Origin: Candidatus Sericytochromatia bacterium
GTDB taxonomy: Bacteria; Cyanobacteriota; Sericytochromatia; S15B-MN24; JAQBPE01
Length of the DNA: 55,452 bases
Assembly (NCBI GenBank): GCA_040400605.1
Contig: JBBAPZ010000001.1
Coordinates: 1-55,452 of the forward strand
Reading direction: 5' to 3'
The position numbers and the translations under genes were made by a program. Below the pieces are notes generated by a model. It did no database searches. It was not told where the DNA came from and worked only from the letters and a program-made list of their open reading frames with translations. This document shows, one piece after another, positions 41,329-51,354 of the stretch (position 1 is its first letter; each line of letters begins with the position of its first letter).

Positions 41329-42252
41329 ATGACACAAGGTTTTCGTATCAGGCGATACTCAGATGGTGATTTTGACGCCATCGCGCACTTGGCGGTTGAA
41401 GCTTCCGCATCCCCACATACGGCTTGTGGCCAGCCTGATGTCGCCAGTGTCAATGAATTTCACGCAGATTATGCGCATCGGCCACTGTACAACGAGGCTT
41501 GGGTCGCCGAAGACGACGCAGGGCATATCATCGGATTCGTAGCCGGACAAATGCGCCAGAAAATGGTTGCGCTGGATGGCCCAATCGTCGGGGCCGCAGC
41601 GCGGCATCAAGGGGTTGGCCGCGCTCTGTGCCAAGCGATTGAGCAGGATGCATTGGGCAATGGCGCTGAAACGCTGGAGTGCGGCGTGCGTTCGAGCAAC
41701 GAGGCCGGGGCGCTGTTTTTGGAGCGGCTGGGTTACCATGCCAGTCGTAACATTCATTGTTATGAACTGAGCGTGCGTCGGGAATGTTTAAGGCCGGTGC
41801 CTGGCGGTTTTCGGGTTGTGGCCTTGCAGCCGCGTTATTTGTTGCTGTTTTTGATGGTCATGCATGAGTGTTTTCCGGGTTATCGCCTGCCAAGCAGTCC
41901 GCAACGCCTGTTTGAGCCTGACAAGATGTGCATTTTTTTGGTGCTGGATGAAGCGGAGCAGCCGGTTGCTGGGGTGACGGCGTTTTATTACCCGGAGGAT
42001 CACCTCGGCTACATTTATCACCTCGGGGTGACCGCCGCACATCGGCGGCGCGGCTTGGGTTCCGCACTGTTGGATGCCGCCGTGGATTGGTTGATGACCA
42101 GCCACCAGCCGCCGAAAATCGGCTTGTCCACCAGTCAAGGCGAAGCGGAGCGCCGCGCGTTGTATGAGGCCTTGGGTTTCGAACACCGTTATTCCCTGAA
42201 TTACAGTTGCAAGGTGCTTCTCGTGACGGATAACGTACGCGCCCATGCGTGA
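41329..42252 (+). CDS. Tandem-domain GNAT family N-acetyltransferase
   Basis: Two acetyl-CoA motif A copies (ARHQGVGRAL, HRRRGLGSAL), with FLERLGY and LYEALGF. Confidence 0.9.
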   Translation: MTQGFRIRRYSDGDFDAIAHLAVEASASPHTACGQPDVASVNEFHADYAHRPLYNEAWVAEDDAGHIIGFVAGQMRQKMVALDGPIVGAAARHQGVGRALCQAIEQDALGNGAETLECGVRSSNEAGALFLERLGYHASRNIHCYELSVRRECLRPVPGGFRVVALQPRYLLLFLMVMHECFPGYRLPSSPQRLFEPDKMCIFLVLDEAEQPVAGVTAFYYPEDHLGYIYHLGVTAAHRRRGLGSALLDAAVDWLMTSHQPPKIGLSTSQGEAERRALYEALGFEHRYSLNYSCKVLLVTDNVRAHA

Positions 42253-43441
42253 GGGGCTGGATTGGGCGGCAACAATCCTTGGTGGGCCTGCGTTGCCTGC
42301 GACGGCGTGGGATTTGGCGGTTGCCCAGAATCATTTGGCCTGGGAGCTTTTGGCGCCCAAGCTTGCCGCGTTACCAGCCTTGGCGCCCGTGGATGTTCAT
42401 TATCAGGCGGCAGCCGGTGAGTTGGGTTGTCGAGGGGCGATCGCCCGACTATTCAACAACTTCGCCGATGCGTCGCTAACCGCCGAACACCTTGTTCTGG
42501 CCTCTGGCGCAGCTGCCGTCATTGAAATGTTGGGCTTTGCGCTCGGTGACGAACATTCCGCCTGGCTGTGCCCGACACCTTGGTACCCATGGTTTGCTCC
42601 CATTTTAAAATTGCGTGCCAACGTGGCACTCGTGCCCATTGTCACGGAGGCGCAGAGCGACTTTAAAATCACCTCGGAGGCGATCGCCCGCGCCCACACG
42701 CAAGCACGCGCAGCAGGCAAAACACCCCGCGCAATTTTACTAAGCTCACCCCACAATCCCTTGGGCCGGCACGTGCGCGCCGATGAATGGGCCGCGATAC
42801 AGGCTTTTTGCCTGAGCCACGACCTTGACTGCGTGTTGGATGCACTGTATTGGCATTCCGGATATGGCCGAGGCGTCGCCATCAGCGGTGTCAACGAACC
42901 CGCGTTCGATGCCGGACGCCTGCATGTCATTTATGGTTTCGCCAAGGACTGGGGCCTTTCCGGGATGAAGCTCGGTGTGTTGATCACCCGCAATCAGCAA
43001 GTGCGCTCACGCTGCCAAGCCATGGCCCACATCTCGGCACCCAGCTCCCTCGCCCAACACGTGGCAAGGCATTTACTCGACGACGACCAATGGGTCACCG
43101 GCTTTATCAACCGGAATCAACAACAGCTGGCAAGCGCCAGTGAGGCATTTGCCAGGGTGCTGCGCGCTTACGCATTGCCATTTGTCGAAGCGGACGCCGG
43201 TCTGTTTTTGTGGGTTGATCTCAGTGGTCTCTTGTCCGAAGCCACTTTTGAAGCGGAAGCCGAACTCGCAGAAACACTCAAGACACGTTGGCATGTCGCG
43301 CTCGCGGCAGGGCAACGCTTCGCAAGCGATCGCCCGGGCTGGTTCCGTTTGTGCTTCGCGTTACCCGAATCATCCCGCCCGGCGGCAATCAATGCGCTGC
43401 ACGCGTTCTTTAATGACGCAGGTCTTGTAGCTGCGCCATAA
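42245..43441 (+). CDS. PLP-dependent class I/II aminotransferase, ACC-synthase-like subfamily
   Basis: LAVAQN, PTPWYP, SPHNPLG, LHVIYGFAKDWGLSGMKLG (PLP Lys), AGLFLWVDL, PGWFRLCFA. Overlaps the GNAT stop. Confidence 0.85.
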   Translation: MREGLDWAATILGGPALPATAWDLAVAQNHLAWELLAPKLAALPALAPVDVHYQAAAGELGCRGAIARLFNNFADASLTAEHLVLASGAAAVIEMLGFALGDEHSAWLCPTPWYPWFAPILKLRANVALVPIVTEAQSDFKITSEAIARAHTQARAAGKTPRAILLSSPHNPLGRHVRADEWAAIQAFCLSHDLDCVLDALYWHSGYGRGVAISGVNEPAFDAGRLHVIYGFAKDWGLSGMKLGVLITRNQQVRSRCQAMAHISAPSSLAQHVARHLLDDDQWVTGFINRNQQQLASASEAFARVLRAYALPFVEADAGLFLWVDLSGLLSEATFEAEAELAETLKTRWHVALAAGQRFASDRPGWFRLCFALPESSRPAAINALHAFFNDAGLVAAP

Positions 43442-44570
43442 ATGCATGCAACTCGGCATCGGTGTTGTAAAAGTGCGGCGACACCCGGATGCCACACTGC
43501 GGGCGGTGATCAATTTGAAAACCACTGCCAATCAACTGCTTGGCCACTTGAGCCGAACCCTCGAAGTCCAGACAGACCGTCCCACCCCGCCTGGCATCGT
43601 CTTGCGGGTTTTTGATCGTCAGTTTGGCCTCTTGCGCTAAATCCATCAACAAACGCGTCTGCCGCAAAGACTTGCGGCGAATGGCATCCACGCCGACCGC
43701 CCGAATGATGCGGTAACCTTCCCGGGCAGCGTACAGGCTCGCCATACCGGGTGAGCCCCCAAGATACCGCAAACTGTTGTCCGCATAGTCCATATCCAAT
43801 TGAAAGGCAAATGGGTCGCGGTGCGACAACCAACCCGTCTGCCGTGGCTCAAAACGACCGACAAGATCCGGCCGGATGTAGAGATAAGCAGCACCCGGCC
43901 CACCGCACAACCATTTGACAGAGCCGCCCACAACAAAGTCGACGCCCAAGGCCTGCACATCCACATTCAAGATGCCCAGTGACTGGTAGGTATCGAGAAT
44001 GACATAGGCGCCGTGACGATGCGCTTTCTCGATGATCGCCGCCGCATCTTGCACATAATTGCTCTGAAACAAAACGTGCGAGATGGGAACGACCAAGGTG
44101 TCATCATCGATCGCCTCCAACATACACTCAGTGGGCAGATGAATCCCATCCGGGCTGTCAACCAAATGAATCCGGGCACCCAAACGGGCTTGTGCCTGCC
44201 AAAGATAATGGACCGTGGTGAAATTCATGGCCTCATAGACCACCTTGTTCTTTCGACCCGAAAAATCAAAACAACTCGCCAAGATACTTTGCAGCGTCGA
44301 GACATTCTGATGCATGATGACACTGCCAGCGGGCGCATTCATGAGCGCTCCCACCTCATCCCCCACGCCCGTTACCATCGGAAACCACGTTTCCCACGCT
44401 TCGATGCCTTCCGTTGACCACACCTGCGCATAGTCTTGCAAGGCCGACACCACGCGTTGCGGCATGGCACCCAGTGAATGGTTGACCAGATAGTTCTTGG
44501 CCTTTAACACAGGAAAGGCATCGCGCCACTGCAAAAGTGACGCTTCGTGGTCTTGTCTGCTTTCGATCAT
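43410..44570 (-). CDS. kynU: Kynureninase (class V PLP enzyme)
   Basis: YLVNHSLGAMP, LDTYQSLG, GGSVKWLCGGPGA, GW.SH..PFAF, RGG, D.RP..GIRVSPHFYN. Adjacent to TDO. Confidence 0.85.
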   Translation of the reverse strand: MIESRQDHEASLLQWRDAFPVLKAKNYLVNHSLGAMPQRVVSALQDYAQVWSTEGIEAWETWFPMVTGVGDEVGALMNAPAGSVIMHQNVSTLQSILASCFDFSGRKNKVVYEAMNFTTVHYLWQAQARLGARIHLVDSPDGIHLPTECMLEAIDDDTLVVPISHVLFQSNYVQDAAAIIEKAHRHGAYVILDTYQSLGILNVDVQALGVDFVVGGSVKWLCGGPGAAYLYIRPDLVGRFEPRQTGWLSHRDPFAFQLDMDYADNSLRYLGGSPGMASLYAAREGYRIIRAVGVDAIRRKSLRQTRLLMDLAQEAKLTIKNPQDDARRGGTVCLDFEGSAQVAKQLIGSGFQIDHRPQCGIRVSPHFYNTDAELHAFMAQLQDLRH

Positions 44571-44587
44571 GGTGAAAAGTGCCTCCC

Positions 44588-45466
44588 TCAGAGCGCAAAC
44601 GGACAGCCGCGGCCCGATTCCCCAACACGTTCACCCGCGCCTGTGTCGGTTCCAAGCAATCCCCTTACTTCCCATAATAATGGAAAACACTTCTTTTCGA
44701 CGGTGCCACGCAAGTAGCCTGAACCACTCGATCCCCCCGTGCCGGACTTGAAGCCAATCACCCGTTCAACCACACTGACGTGATGAAAACGCCAAAGGCC
44801 CAATTGCGTGTCAAAGTCAACCAGATCCTCTGCGATCAAATACAATTCCATGTGGGCAGCCGGGTCGCTGTAAATCGTGCGCAAAATACCCAAGACCCGC
44901 TCGCGTGCTGGCGTTCCTGTCACAACACCGTGTGCATTCTCTTCCGGTACGTCAAATCCGCTTGCGCGCAATGCACCCTGAAACGATTGCCAGAGATCCG
45001 GTTCCGAGACGCGCCGTCTTAGCGACTCGAGTGCGTCTTGGTCCTCAAAGTGCGCAAAGTACGCCTCGTCTTTCAAACCCGCGATAAACTCCAACTCACG
45101 AAACTGCAATGATTGAAAGCCGCTTGCCGGATTAAGGTGATCACGAAATCCCAAAAACTCAATGGGCGTCATTGTCTCCAAAATATGAATCTGATTCACC
45201 AGCAACTTCTGTATCTCAACCACCCGTCGCAAAAAATGATGCGCGCGCAACAGCTTTCGTTCACCCATGTACGCCATGGCGTTTTCAATTTCTCGTAAAA
45301 TCATTTTGAACCACAACTCGTAAACCTGGTGAATCACAATGAAGAGCATCTCATCGTGATGTTCCGGTTCAGCCAAACACTGCTGCAAATCGAGCAACTG
45401 TGACACTTTCAGGTACGAGTTGTAATTCAGTTGAGCGCGACTGTAAAATCCGGGACCATCCGCCAT
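44588..45466 (-). CDS. kynA: Tryptophan 2,3-dioxygenase
   Basis: YNSYL, HDEMLFIVIHQVYELWFK, LETMTP, FR..L.PASGFQSLQFRELEF, WRFHH...VER.IG.K.GTGGSSG..YL. Confidence 0.96.
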   Translation of the reverse strand: MADGPGFYSRAQLNYNSYLKVSQLLDLQQCLAEPEHHDEMLFIVIHQVYELWFKMILREIENAMAYMGERKLLRAHHFLRRVVEIQKLLVNQIHILETMTPIEFLGFRDHLNPASGFQSLQFRELEFIAGLKDEAYFAHFEDQDALESLRRRVSEPDLWQSFQGALRASGFDVPEENAHGVVTGTPARERVLGILRTIYSDPAAHMELYLIAEDLVDFDTQLGLWRFHHVSVVERVIGFKSGTGGSSGSGYLRGTVEKKCFPLLWEVRGLLGTDTGAGERVGESGRGCPFAL

Positions 45467-45762
45467 TGCTTACCTCCTGCCACGTCACTCCCTTGTGGCA
45501 CACCCATACCCGAAACGACCCTGCTTCATGATAACAAGTGCAAACCAAACAATAAGATCCAGCCTCTGGTCACCTGTACTTTTACCGGGTCTAAACAGAT
45601 TCTGGAACATGCTGTACACTATAACTGTGAGCGCTTGAGCGTTTCGTGTGACACGGTTTTGACCCGCGTCACGCCCGAGACGCCGAGGTTTTATTTTATT
45701 AAATGTAAAATCTGTATGCGCTTCTTTTATGGAATGACAATCGAAAGAAGAACGACCAGTAC

Positions 45763-48700
45763 ATGTCAGATACACTAACGGCAGCAGAGTTTGAGCTGCG
45801 TGTGTCTCGTGCCTCGGAGCGAATTGACGAAATCCGTGGCAAAGAGCGGGTATCGTCCTTGTCACCGGCATCCTTGCCTTACGCGGGTATCGACCTCGGT
45901 GCTGCGGCGCCTGAAATGGTCGATGTTTTGGGTGCATTGCTGGCTCAAAGTCCGGAAGAGGCATTGACGCACAATGCGCGAATTGAGGTCGCCGCGAGAA
46001 GGGTCAGTTTGGCCTTTTTGACCCATTTGATGCAGAGCGGTTATGGTATGGCTGATCTCTCGTCACGTTATGAAGCGGTGGTTGGCGATGTTCCTGATTT
46101 GAACGGTCTAGCCAGGATTTTGACACCGGCGCTGAGAGAGGCTGGCTTCCCATTGTCGGGCGCGCCGGATGCCCGCCGCATTTTGGAACAAGTGATGGGC
46201 GTGGTGGGCTTGTCGCCGGCGCTCTTGCGATTGGGTGTTGAGTACTTTGTCATCTTCTGGACGCGTCATTATCCGTGCAGTGACGCCTTGGCGCCATTGC
46301 AGGAGGCTTTGGCGTCAGGCGAGCATGCGGCACGGCTAAAGGAATTGGCGGCCATTTTGGTTCCCAATGGTTCGGTCATCCGTCCCTTGGTCGAAAGTTT
46401 GACGCGGTTAATGCTTGGCTTGCGGACGCAGGCGCGCTGGCGGGTGAGCGACCTCTTTACGGCGAGCGCGGAGATAGAGGCTTGGTGCGGTGTCAATCCG
46501 AAGTTTCTGTTGAGGCAAGACGAAGCGGTTTTGGCACTTTTGGTCGAGGCGCTTTCAGGGGCTTGGCATCCGGATCAGTTTCGACATGTATTGATGTTAT
46601 ATCCACGTGGTTCGGAGGTGCGGCTGCCGAGTGGTGCGCTGGCGATGGTCGATAAGGCGATTGCGGTCCCGCAGTGGGGAACTTATCAGATCGAGCGCAA
46701 GCAGTACGTGGTGTTGCCGAATGAAGGCTGGACGTTTGACGAGCTGCTCAAGCCGTCCGGTGACTCTGCGCGCGGTGGCTTGGTGGTTTGGCGTGAAGAC
46801 GTTGAGGCGCCCATCTTGGCCGACGAGTTTCCGCAGCCTTGGATCGTGCGAACGGCTCACGATACAGGCAATGTTCAGCCTGTGTTTGTGCAAGTTGTAC
46901 CCCCTGGTGTGATGTTGTCCTCAAAAACGCACGGATTGCCGCCACGTGAGGGGTTGGTGTGGGATGCGCAACTGCGTGCCCAGAGCCAGGGTGATGACAA
47001 CCGGTTTGCGTTGGAGCTTGTATTGGACGGTTTCCGTTTGTGTTTGCCGGAATTGGCAGGAAGCACCTTGCAATTGGAGATTCCGCGCAGTGAAACCGCC
47101 GGACGTTTGTGTTTTGAGTTGAATGATCGTGGTTGTGCGGCTTTGCCACGCACGGTGCTGAGCATAACTGAGGCACAACCGGGTGCGTGTGATGTGTATT
47201 TACAGGATCATGCAACGGGCGCCCTGGTATCGAAGGGACAGCAATTATTGGGGCAGGTGCCGGTTTTGGGTGAGGTCATGCTGTTCAATGAGCGGACGGG
47301 CTTGCAGATTGCCCCTTCGGAAAAAATGCGTGGTTATGGGGTGCAGCGTTATCTGTTGTTTGCTGCACGTCCCATTAACATTGGTGCAATGCAGGCGCAA
47401 GACATTGATGTGAGTCAGGTTGGGCGTGCCGGTGCTTATGATGTGTACCGCTTGAGTTGGACTGATGCCGGGCAGTCACTGGAAATTCGGATTGATGGGC
47501 GGTATCAGTGGCATTTTAACCAGCGTGTTGAACGTGGGTGGGAAGCTTGTGATTTGCCGGCTGCTCCCAGGCATCTTGGGTTTCTTCCGAACGGGCCAGA
47601 TGGTTTGATGGTTTCGCACGGGGATGATTTGCTTGTTGATGATTTGTCTCACATCGGCGATCGGCTGCTTGTTGTAGTTGAACGTAACCAAGAGCCGCTG
47701 TTTGCGCACACTTGGCGCGAACTCAACTGGTTGATGAATTTTCCGCTTGATAACCGTCGGTTTAGCGGAGCGATGCTGAGGCGAGCGTTGCACGTCGGTC
47801 CCGAGTTTGACCTCGCGGGTCAGTACACACTCAGTTTGACGGTTTCAGGAGCAATTCTGGACGTCGTGAACATCATCATTTTGCCGCAGTTTAACCTTGT
47901 GGTGACGCCTGACGGGCTACAGGATGAAGACTGTCATTATGTCCTGGAAGCGCGTTCGGATTATCCGATCTTTGACGGGCGTCAACGCCAGGTGACCTTG
48001 AGCCTCGGGCAAACTGTTGTTGACCGCGACACGATGGAAAGCAGTCCGTTTGCGCCGCGCCCACTTGAGTCGAGTCTGCGCTTGGAAGAGCCGCGGATCG
48101 CGGTTCGGGTTCAAGTGGAGCCTGAGATTGGTGGTTATCGATTGCTGGATGAGAATGAAGGCAGTTGGATACGCAAGGCCAATTTGCAGTACGATGAACT
48201 GGACCATATCACGCTGGTTCTGTTTGCTCCCAATAGCGTGTCGGGCACCTTGTGTGTGGGTGATGAGGCGCGGTATACGGAAGAATTTTATGAAGGATTT
48301 GCAACCTTTTCCTTGGCAAGCTTGCAAGGCGCGTTGTCGCAGAGTGAGACCCAAGTCGAGGTTGCGATCGATGGAATTCCGAAAGGCAGTTTGACGATAT
48401 TTTGGCATCCCAAGGTGCTTCGTTTCGAACTTGCCAATGAGTACTTGGTGGATCACGTGGCGCAGGTGGATCTGACGGCAGTGGGACCTGTTAACATTCC
48501 TTTGCGCTTGGAAGCGTATGCACCAAATGGTAAGCGTTTGGTGCAGCAGGTCGTGGACACTGAAGGGTCCTTGAGCCGCATCGTCAATTTACAGATTCCG
48601 AACGCCAGAGAGTTTCCAGTGGTTACAATCAAGGTGTTCGATCCCAGTGAGGCAAGCGGTGCGGCTTCGGGTAGTCTGGAAGTACGCAATGCAAGCTTTG

Positions 48701-48978
48701 AGCCGGAGGTCGAGGCACTGAACGCTCGCATTGCCGCTGAGCCTCAATTGGCGGAATTGCGCCATGAACGGGCACAGCTGCTGTTGTCCAAGGGGTTGCG
48801 CAAGGCGGCCGCTCGGGATTTTCAGGCGGCAATTGACTTGGGGATGAAGGAGATTTTGGAGTCTCCGCAGTATCAGCAGTTTCTCACAGAACGCAGAGCC
48901 GAGGGTTTTTACGAAGATATCAAAGCCCTTGCCAGTTTCTTTGTTCCATTCGCGCGGAAGGAGTTGTCCGTTGGCTAA
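45763..48978 (+). CDS. Large hypothetical protein (1071 aa): helical N-terminus, repeated beta-rich domains, C-terminal TPR-like motif
   Basis: Long uninterrupted ORF. C-terminal PQLAELRHERAQLLLSKG...AARDFQAAIDL fits a TPR pattern. No catalytic motif recognised. Confidence 0.85.
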   Translation: MSDTLTAAEFELRVSRASERIDEIRGKERVSSLSPASLPYAGIDLGAAAPEMVDVLGALLAQSPEEALTHNARIEVAARRVSLAFLTHLMQSGYGMADLSSRYEAVVGDVPDLNGLARILTPALREAGFPLSGAPDARRILEQVMGVVGLSPALLRLGVEYFVIFWTRHYPCSDALAPLQEALASGEHAARLKELAAILVPNGSVIRPLVESLTRLMLGLRTQARWRVSDLFTASAEIEAWCGVNPKFLLRQDEAVLALLVEALSGAWHPDQFRHVLMLYPRGSEVRLPSGALAMVDKAIAVPQWGTYQIERKQYVVLPNEGWTFDELLKPSGDSARGGLVVWREDVEAPILADEFPQPWIVRTAHDTGNVQPVFVQVVPPGVMLSSKTHGLPPREGLVWDAQLRAQSQGDDNRFALELVLDGFRLCLPELAGSTLQLEIPRSETAGRLCFELNDRGCAALPRTVLSITEAQPGACDVYLQDHATGALVSKGQQLLGQVPVLGEVMLFNERTGLQIAPSEKMRGYGVQRYLLFAARPINIGAMQAQDIDVSQVGRAGAYDVYRLSWTDAGQSLEIRIDGRYQWHFNQRVERGWEACDLPAAPRHLGFLPNGPDGLMVSHGDDLLVDDLSHIGDRLLVVVERNQEPLFAHTWRELNWLMNFPLDNRRFSGAMLRRALHVGPEFDLAGQYTLSLTVSGAILDVVNIIILPQFNLVVTPDGLQDEDCHYVLEARSDYPIFDGRQRQVTLSLGQTVVDRDTMESSPFAPRPLESSLRLEEPRIAVRVQVEPEIGGYRLLDENEGSWIRKANLQYDELDHITLVLFAPNSVSGTLCVGDEARYTEEFYEGFATFSLASLQGALSQSETQVEVAIDGIPKGSLTIFWHPKVLRFELANEYLVDHVAQVDLTAVGPVNIPLRLEAYAPNGKRLVQQVVDTEGSLSRIVNLQIPNAREFPVVTIKVFDPSEASGAASGSLEVRNASFEPEVEALNARIAAEPQLAELRHERAQLLLSKGLRKAAARDFQAAIDLGMKEILESPQYQQFLTERRAEGFYEDIKALASFFVPFARKELSVG

Positions 48979-50359
48979 AGTCGACACCGATGCCCAGAGT
49001 CAGGCGGTGCAGGCGCTGCTCGTGGGGCTTGCGGTTAAAAAGAAGCAGGAGTTAGTCGAGAAGAATGATCGACTCAGAATGCAATTTCTGAGCGCTCAGA
49101 AGGTTCCTGCCAGCAAAGCGCGGGAGCCTCAGCTCAATGCGTTTTTAGCTCAGGTTATTGCCAATGAAAAGATTCGGGAACTTATTTTTAGCGCGTGGCT
49201 GAAGGAGAAAACGCAGGATGTCGGTGAAATCCCTGTGCTACCTGAATGTTTTCGTCGTGATTATGATGGAAAAGCGTTGAGCGATGAAGAGGTTGAAACG
49301 GCAGTCAAGGACGCTGTCGCAACGCTGAAAACGTGGTCAAAATCGGTCGACTTTGACCATTTGAATATCTACGTGCGTTTGGGGCCGTTTGATTTGCCAG
49401 CCAAGGTGTTGGGTGCAATCAAAAAGCCGCGTGCCAAGGGAACGACGGCGAATCTCGCTGTCTCAGAAGAAACAAAAGAGGTGTCTGCGCCACTGCCTGC
49501 GGAGTTTGAGGCTCAGATTGCGCAGTTGCAGTCGCAGCTTGGTCAGCAACAGTCCCAGTATGAAGCGCGTTTGGCAAGGCAGGATGATGAGCTGGCCAAG
49601 TTCAAGCGTTTGTTGGAGGAGAGTAAGGAGAAGCGCAAGCAAGAACTGCTTGAGACGCAGGATAAGTCACGGCAGGACCTGGTCGCCCGGCAGTCGGAAT
49701 GGCAGCGCCTTGAGCTTCAGTTGCGTCGGGAGTTGCAGGAGGGTCAACGCGCGCGTCTTGAACAGGCGGAAAAAACCACCAAGGTTCGAGATGAGTTGTT
49801 GCCAATCAAGCAGCAGCTTGAGAAAGCTGAAAAAGAGGTGAAGCGCTTGACGCATCACCAACAGGATGCGCGGGAGACTGTTGCGCGTCTCGAAGAGGAG
49901 TCAGCCAGACTTCAGGCACGGATCAAGGGTCTTGAGAGTGCGCAGCAGCAGTTGGTAATTAAAGAGAAGCAGTTGGCGCGATTTGAGCGACAAGGTGCCT
50001 CAGTTATGCTCACCGCTTCTGACAATCTGCGGATTTGGGAAGAGTCGCTCAATGAACAGGAAGTGAAGGAGGCTTTCAGCCGAACCTTTAATTTGGACAA
50101 CATCAAGGTGAGTCATTACGAACACGACGAGCGGGACTTGCATGAGACCTGGAAGATGTTGATTGACAATGAACGCGAGTTGACCGAGCGCTTTTTCGCG
50201 TTGCCTTTCAATGAGTTGCAGCAACCTTCTGAGGAGTTTAAAGACATTATCACCAGTTTCATTGAATTGAAGGACAGTTTGGTTGCGCGAGAGCAGCTGG
50301 CTCATTTGATCAACTTTGTGGGCAATCGCTTCTTGCAGACCCAGCGTCAGAAAGTGTAA
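48971..50359 (+). CDS. Hypothetical coiled-coil protein (462 aa)
   Basis: AAGGAG SD 7 nt before TTG 48971, overlapping the upstream stop. Central E/Q/K/R/L-rich heptad region of about 170 aa. Confidence 0.85.
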   Translation: MAKVDTDAQSQAVQALLVGLAVKKKQELVEKNDRLRMQFLSAQKVPASKAREPQLNAFLAQVIANEKIRELIFSAWLKEKTQDVGEIPVLPECFRRDYDGKALSDEEVETAVKDAVATLKTWSKSVDFDHLNIYVRLGPFDLPAKVLGAIKKPRAKGTTANLAVSEETKEVSAPLPAEFEAQIAQLQSQLGQQQSQYEARLARQDDELAKFKRLLEESKEKRKQELLETQDKSRQDLVARQSEWQRLELQLRRELQEGQRARLEQAEKTTKVRDELLPIKQQLEKAEKEVKRLTHHQQDARETVARLEEESARLQARIKGLESAQQQLVIKEKQLARFERQGASVMLTASDNLRIWEESLNEQEVKEAFSRTFNLDNIKVSHYEHDERDLHETWKMLIDNERELTERFFALPFNELQQPSEEFKDIITSFIELKDSLVAREQLAHLINFVGNRFLQTQRQKV

Positions 50360-50489
50360 TGGTGGCGGGGGAGCAAAAGGGAAGCTCCCGCTTGGGCACG
50401 TGAATATCACGCGTCAGACGGTTGGTTTATTTGTCGTCTTGTGATGAGGCGCACTTTGCTGGGAATACTGAAAGCAAAGGAGCGTATCA

Positions 50490-51287
50490 ATGGACAGTTA
50501 TCGTTCGAATCGCGATGATAAGCAGCTGTCGCAGGGGGGGGGCCGTGTTGGCCAAGGTACAGGGCAGTTGCAAACCGACTCCTTGCACCTGAACAGCAGC
50601 GGTCGCTTGCGTCATTCATCACGGAAAGTTTCAGCGCCATTGGTGGTTGTCGATCAGCTAATCGAACGCTTCGAAGCCGAGGTCAATTCAGGTAAGCTGC
50701 TGCTGCTCAAGCTAAAACCGCGTATCGCCGTGTTGACGCGTGCGCTGCGTGTACTGACGCACCCCGCTGAGGCCGGGTCCGCCTTTCAGGGCATTGTGCC
50801 GGGAGAGGCGGATTTTACGCGTCGGGTCGTGCAATTGCTGCAAGAGAAAAAATTGATTTTGCGCCAGGTGCAAATCGCCTGTTTTCAGTATGAGCAGGCG
50901 GACAAGGGACTTGAGCAGGCTGCTGAACACTTGGCCACGGCGTTGCTGTATGAAGGCTCCGAGCGGGTGACGTATTTTGAGCATTACTGCCATATTGAAA
51001 AGTTGCGGGGGCAATTGTATCCGATGATCAATTTGCCGCTGGTGTTTAAAAACGAGCCATTGTTGGCACAGTTGTTGCCGGAGCCGCGTGAAAGCGAAGA
51101 GCCGGTTTTATCGCCTCCGCCGCCTCCCAAGGAGCCAGTCGCGGTGGAAGCCCCCCAAACGGGTGGCATTGGCCATATGTTGAAACAGGATCCTGCCGTT
51201 GCTCAGTTGTTGGGAGGCTTGCGGCAGCTAACTGGACAATTGAAAGATGGTTTGCGTTCCATCACCGGGAAACCACCCTCGCGTTAG
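50490..51287 (+). CDS. Hypothetical helical protein with Pro-rich linker
   Basis: AAGGAG SD before ATG, 265-aa ORF with PPPPPKEP linker. No family recognised. Confidence 0.75.
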   Translation: MDSYRSNRDDKQLSQGGGRVGQGTGQLQTDSLHLNSSGRLRHSSRKVSAPLVVVDQLIERFEAEVNSGKLLLLKLKPRIAVLTRALRVLTHPAEAGSAFQGIVPGEADFTRRVVQLLQEKKLILRQVQIACFQYEQADKGLEQAAEHLATALLYEGSERVTYFEHYCHIEKLRGQLYPMINLPLVFKNEPLLAQLLPEPRESEEPVLSPPPPPKEPVAVEAPQTGGIGHMLKQDPAVAQLLGGLRQLTGQLKDGLRSITGKPPSR

Positions 51288-51354
51288 ATACTTGGTCAAC
51301 GCCTCAGCCCGGCCCGTTGTGCGAGAGGCACGCATTGATGGCACTTGATCGGAA

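Noticed and set aside
50369..50390. GGGAGC/GCTCCC hairpin after the coiled-coil gene as an intrinsic terminator
   Set aside because: Short stem, 9-nt loop and no U tract.
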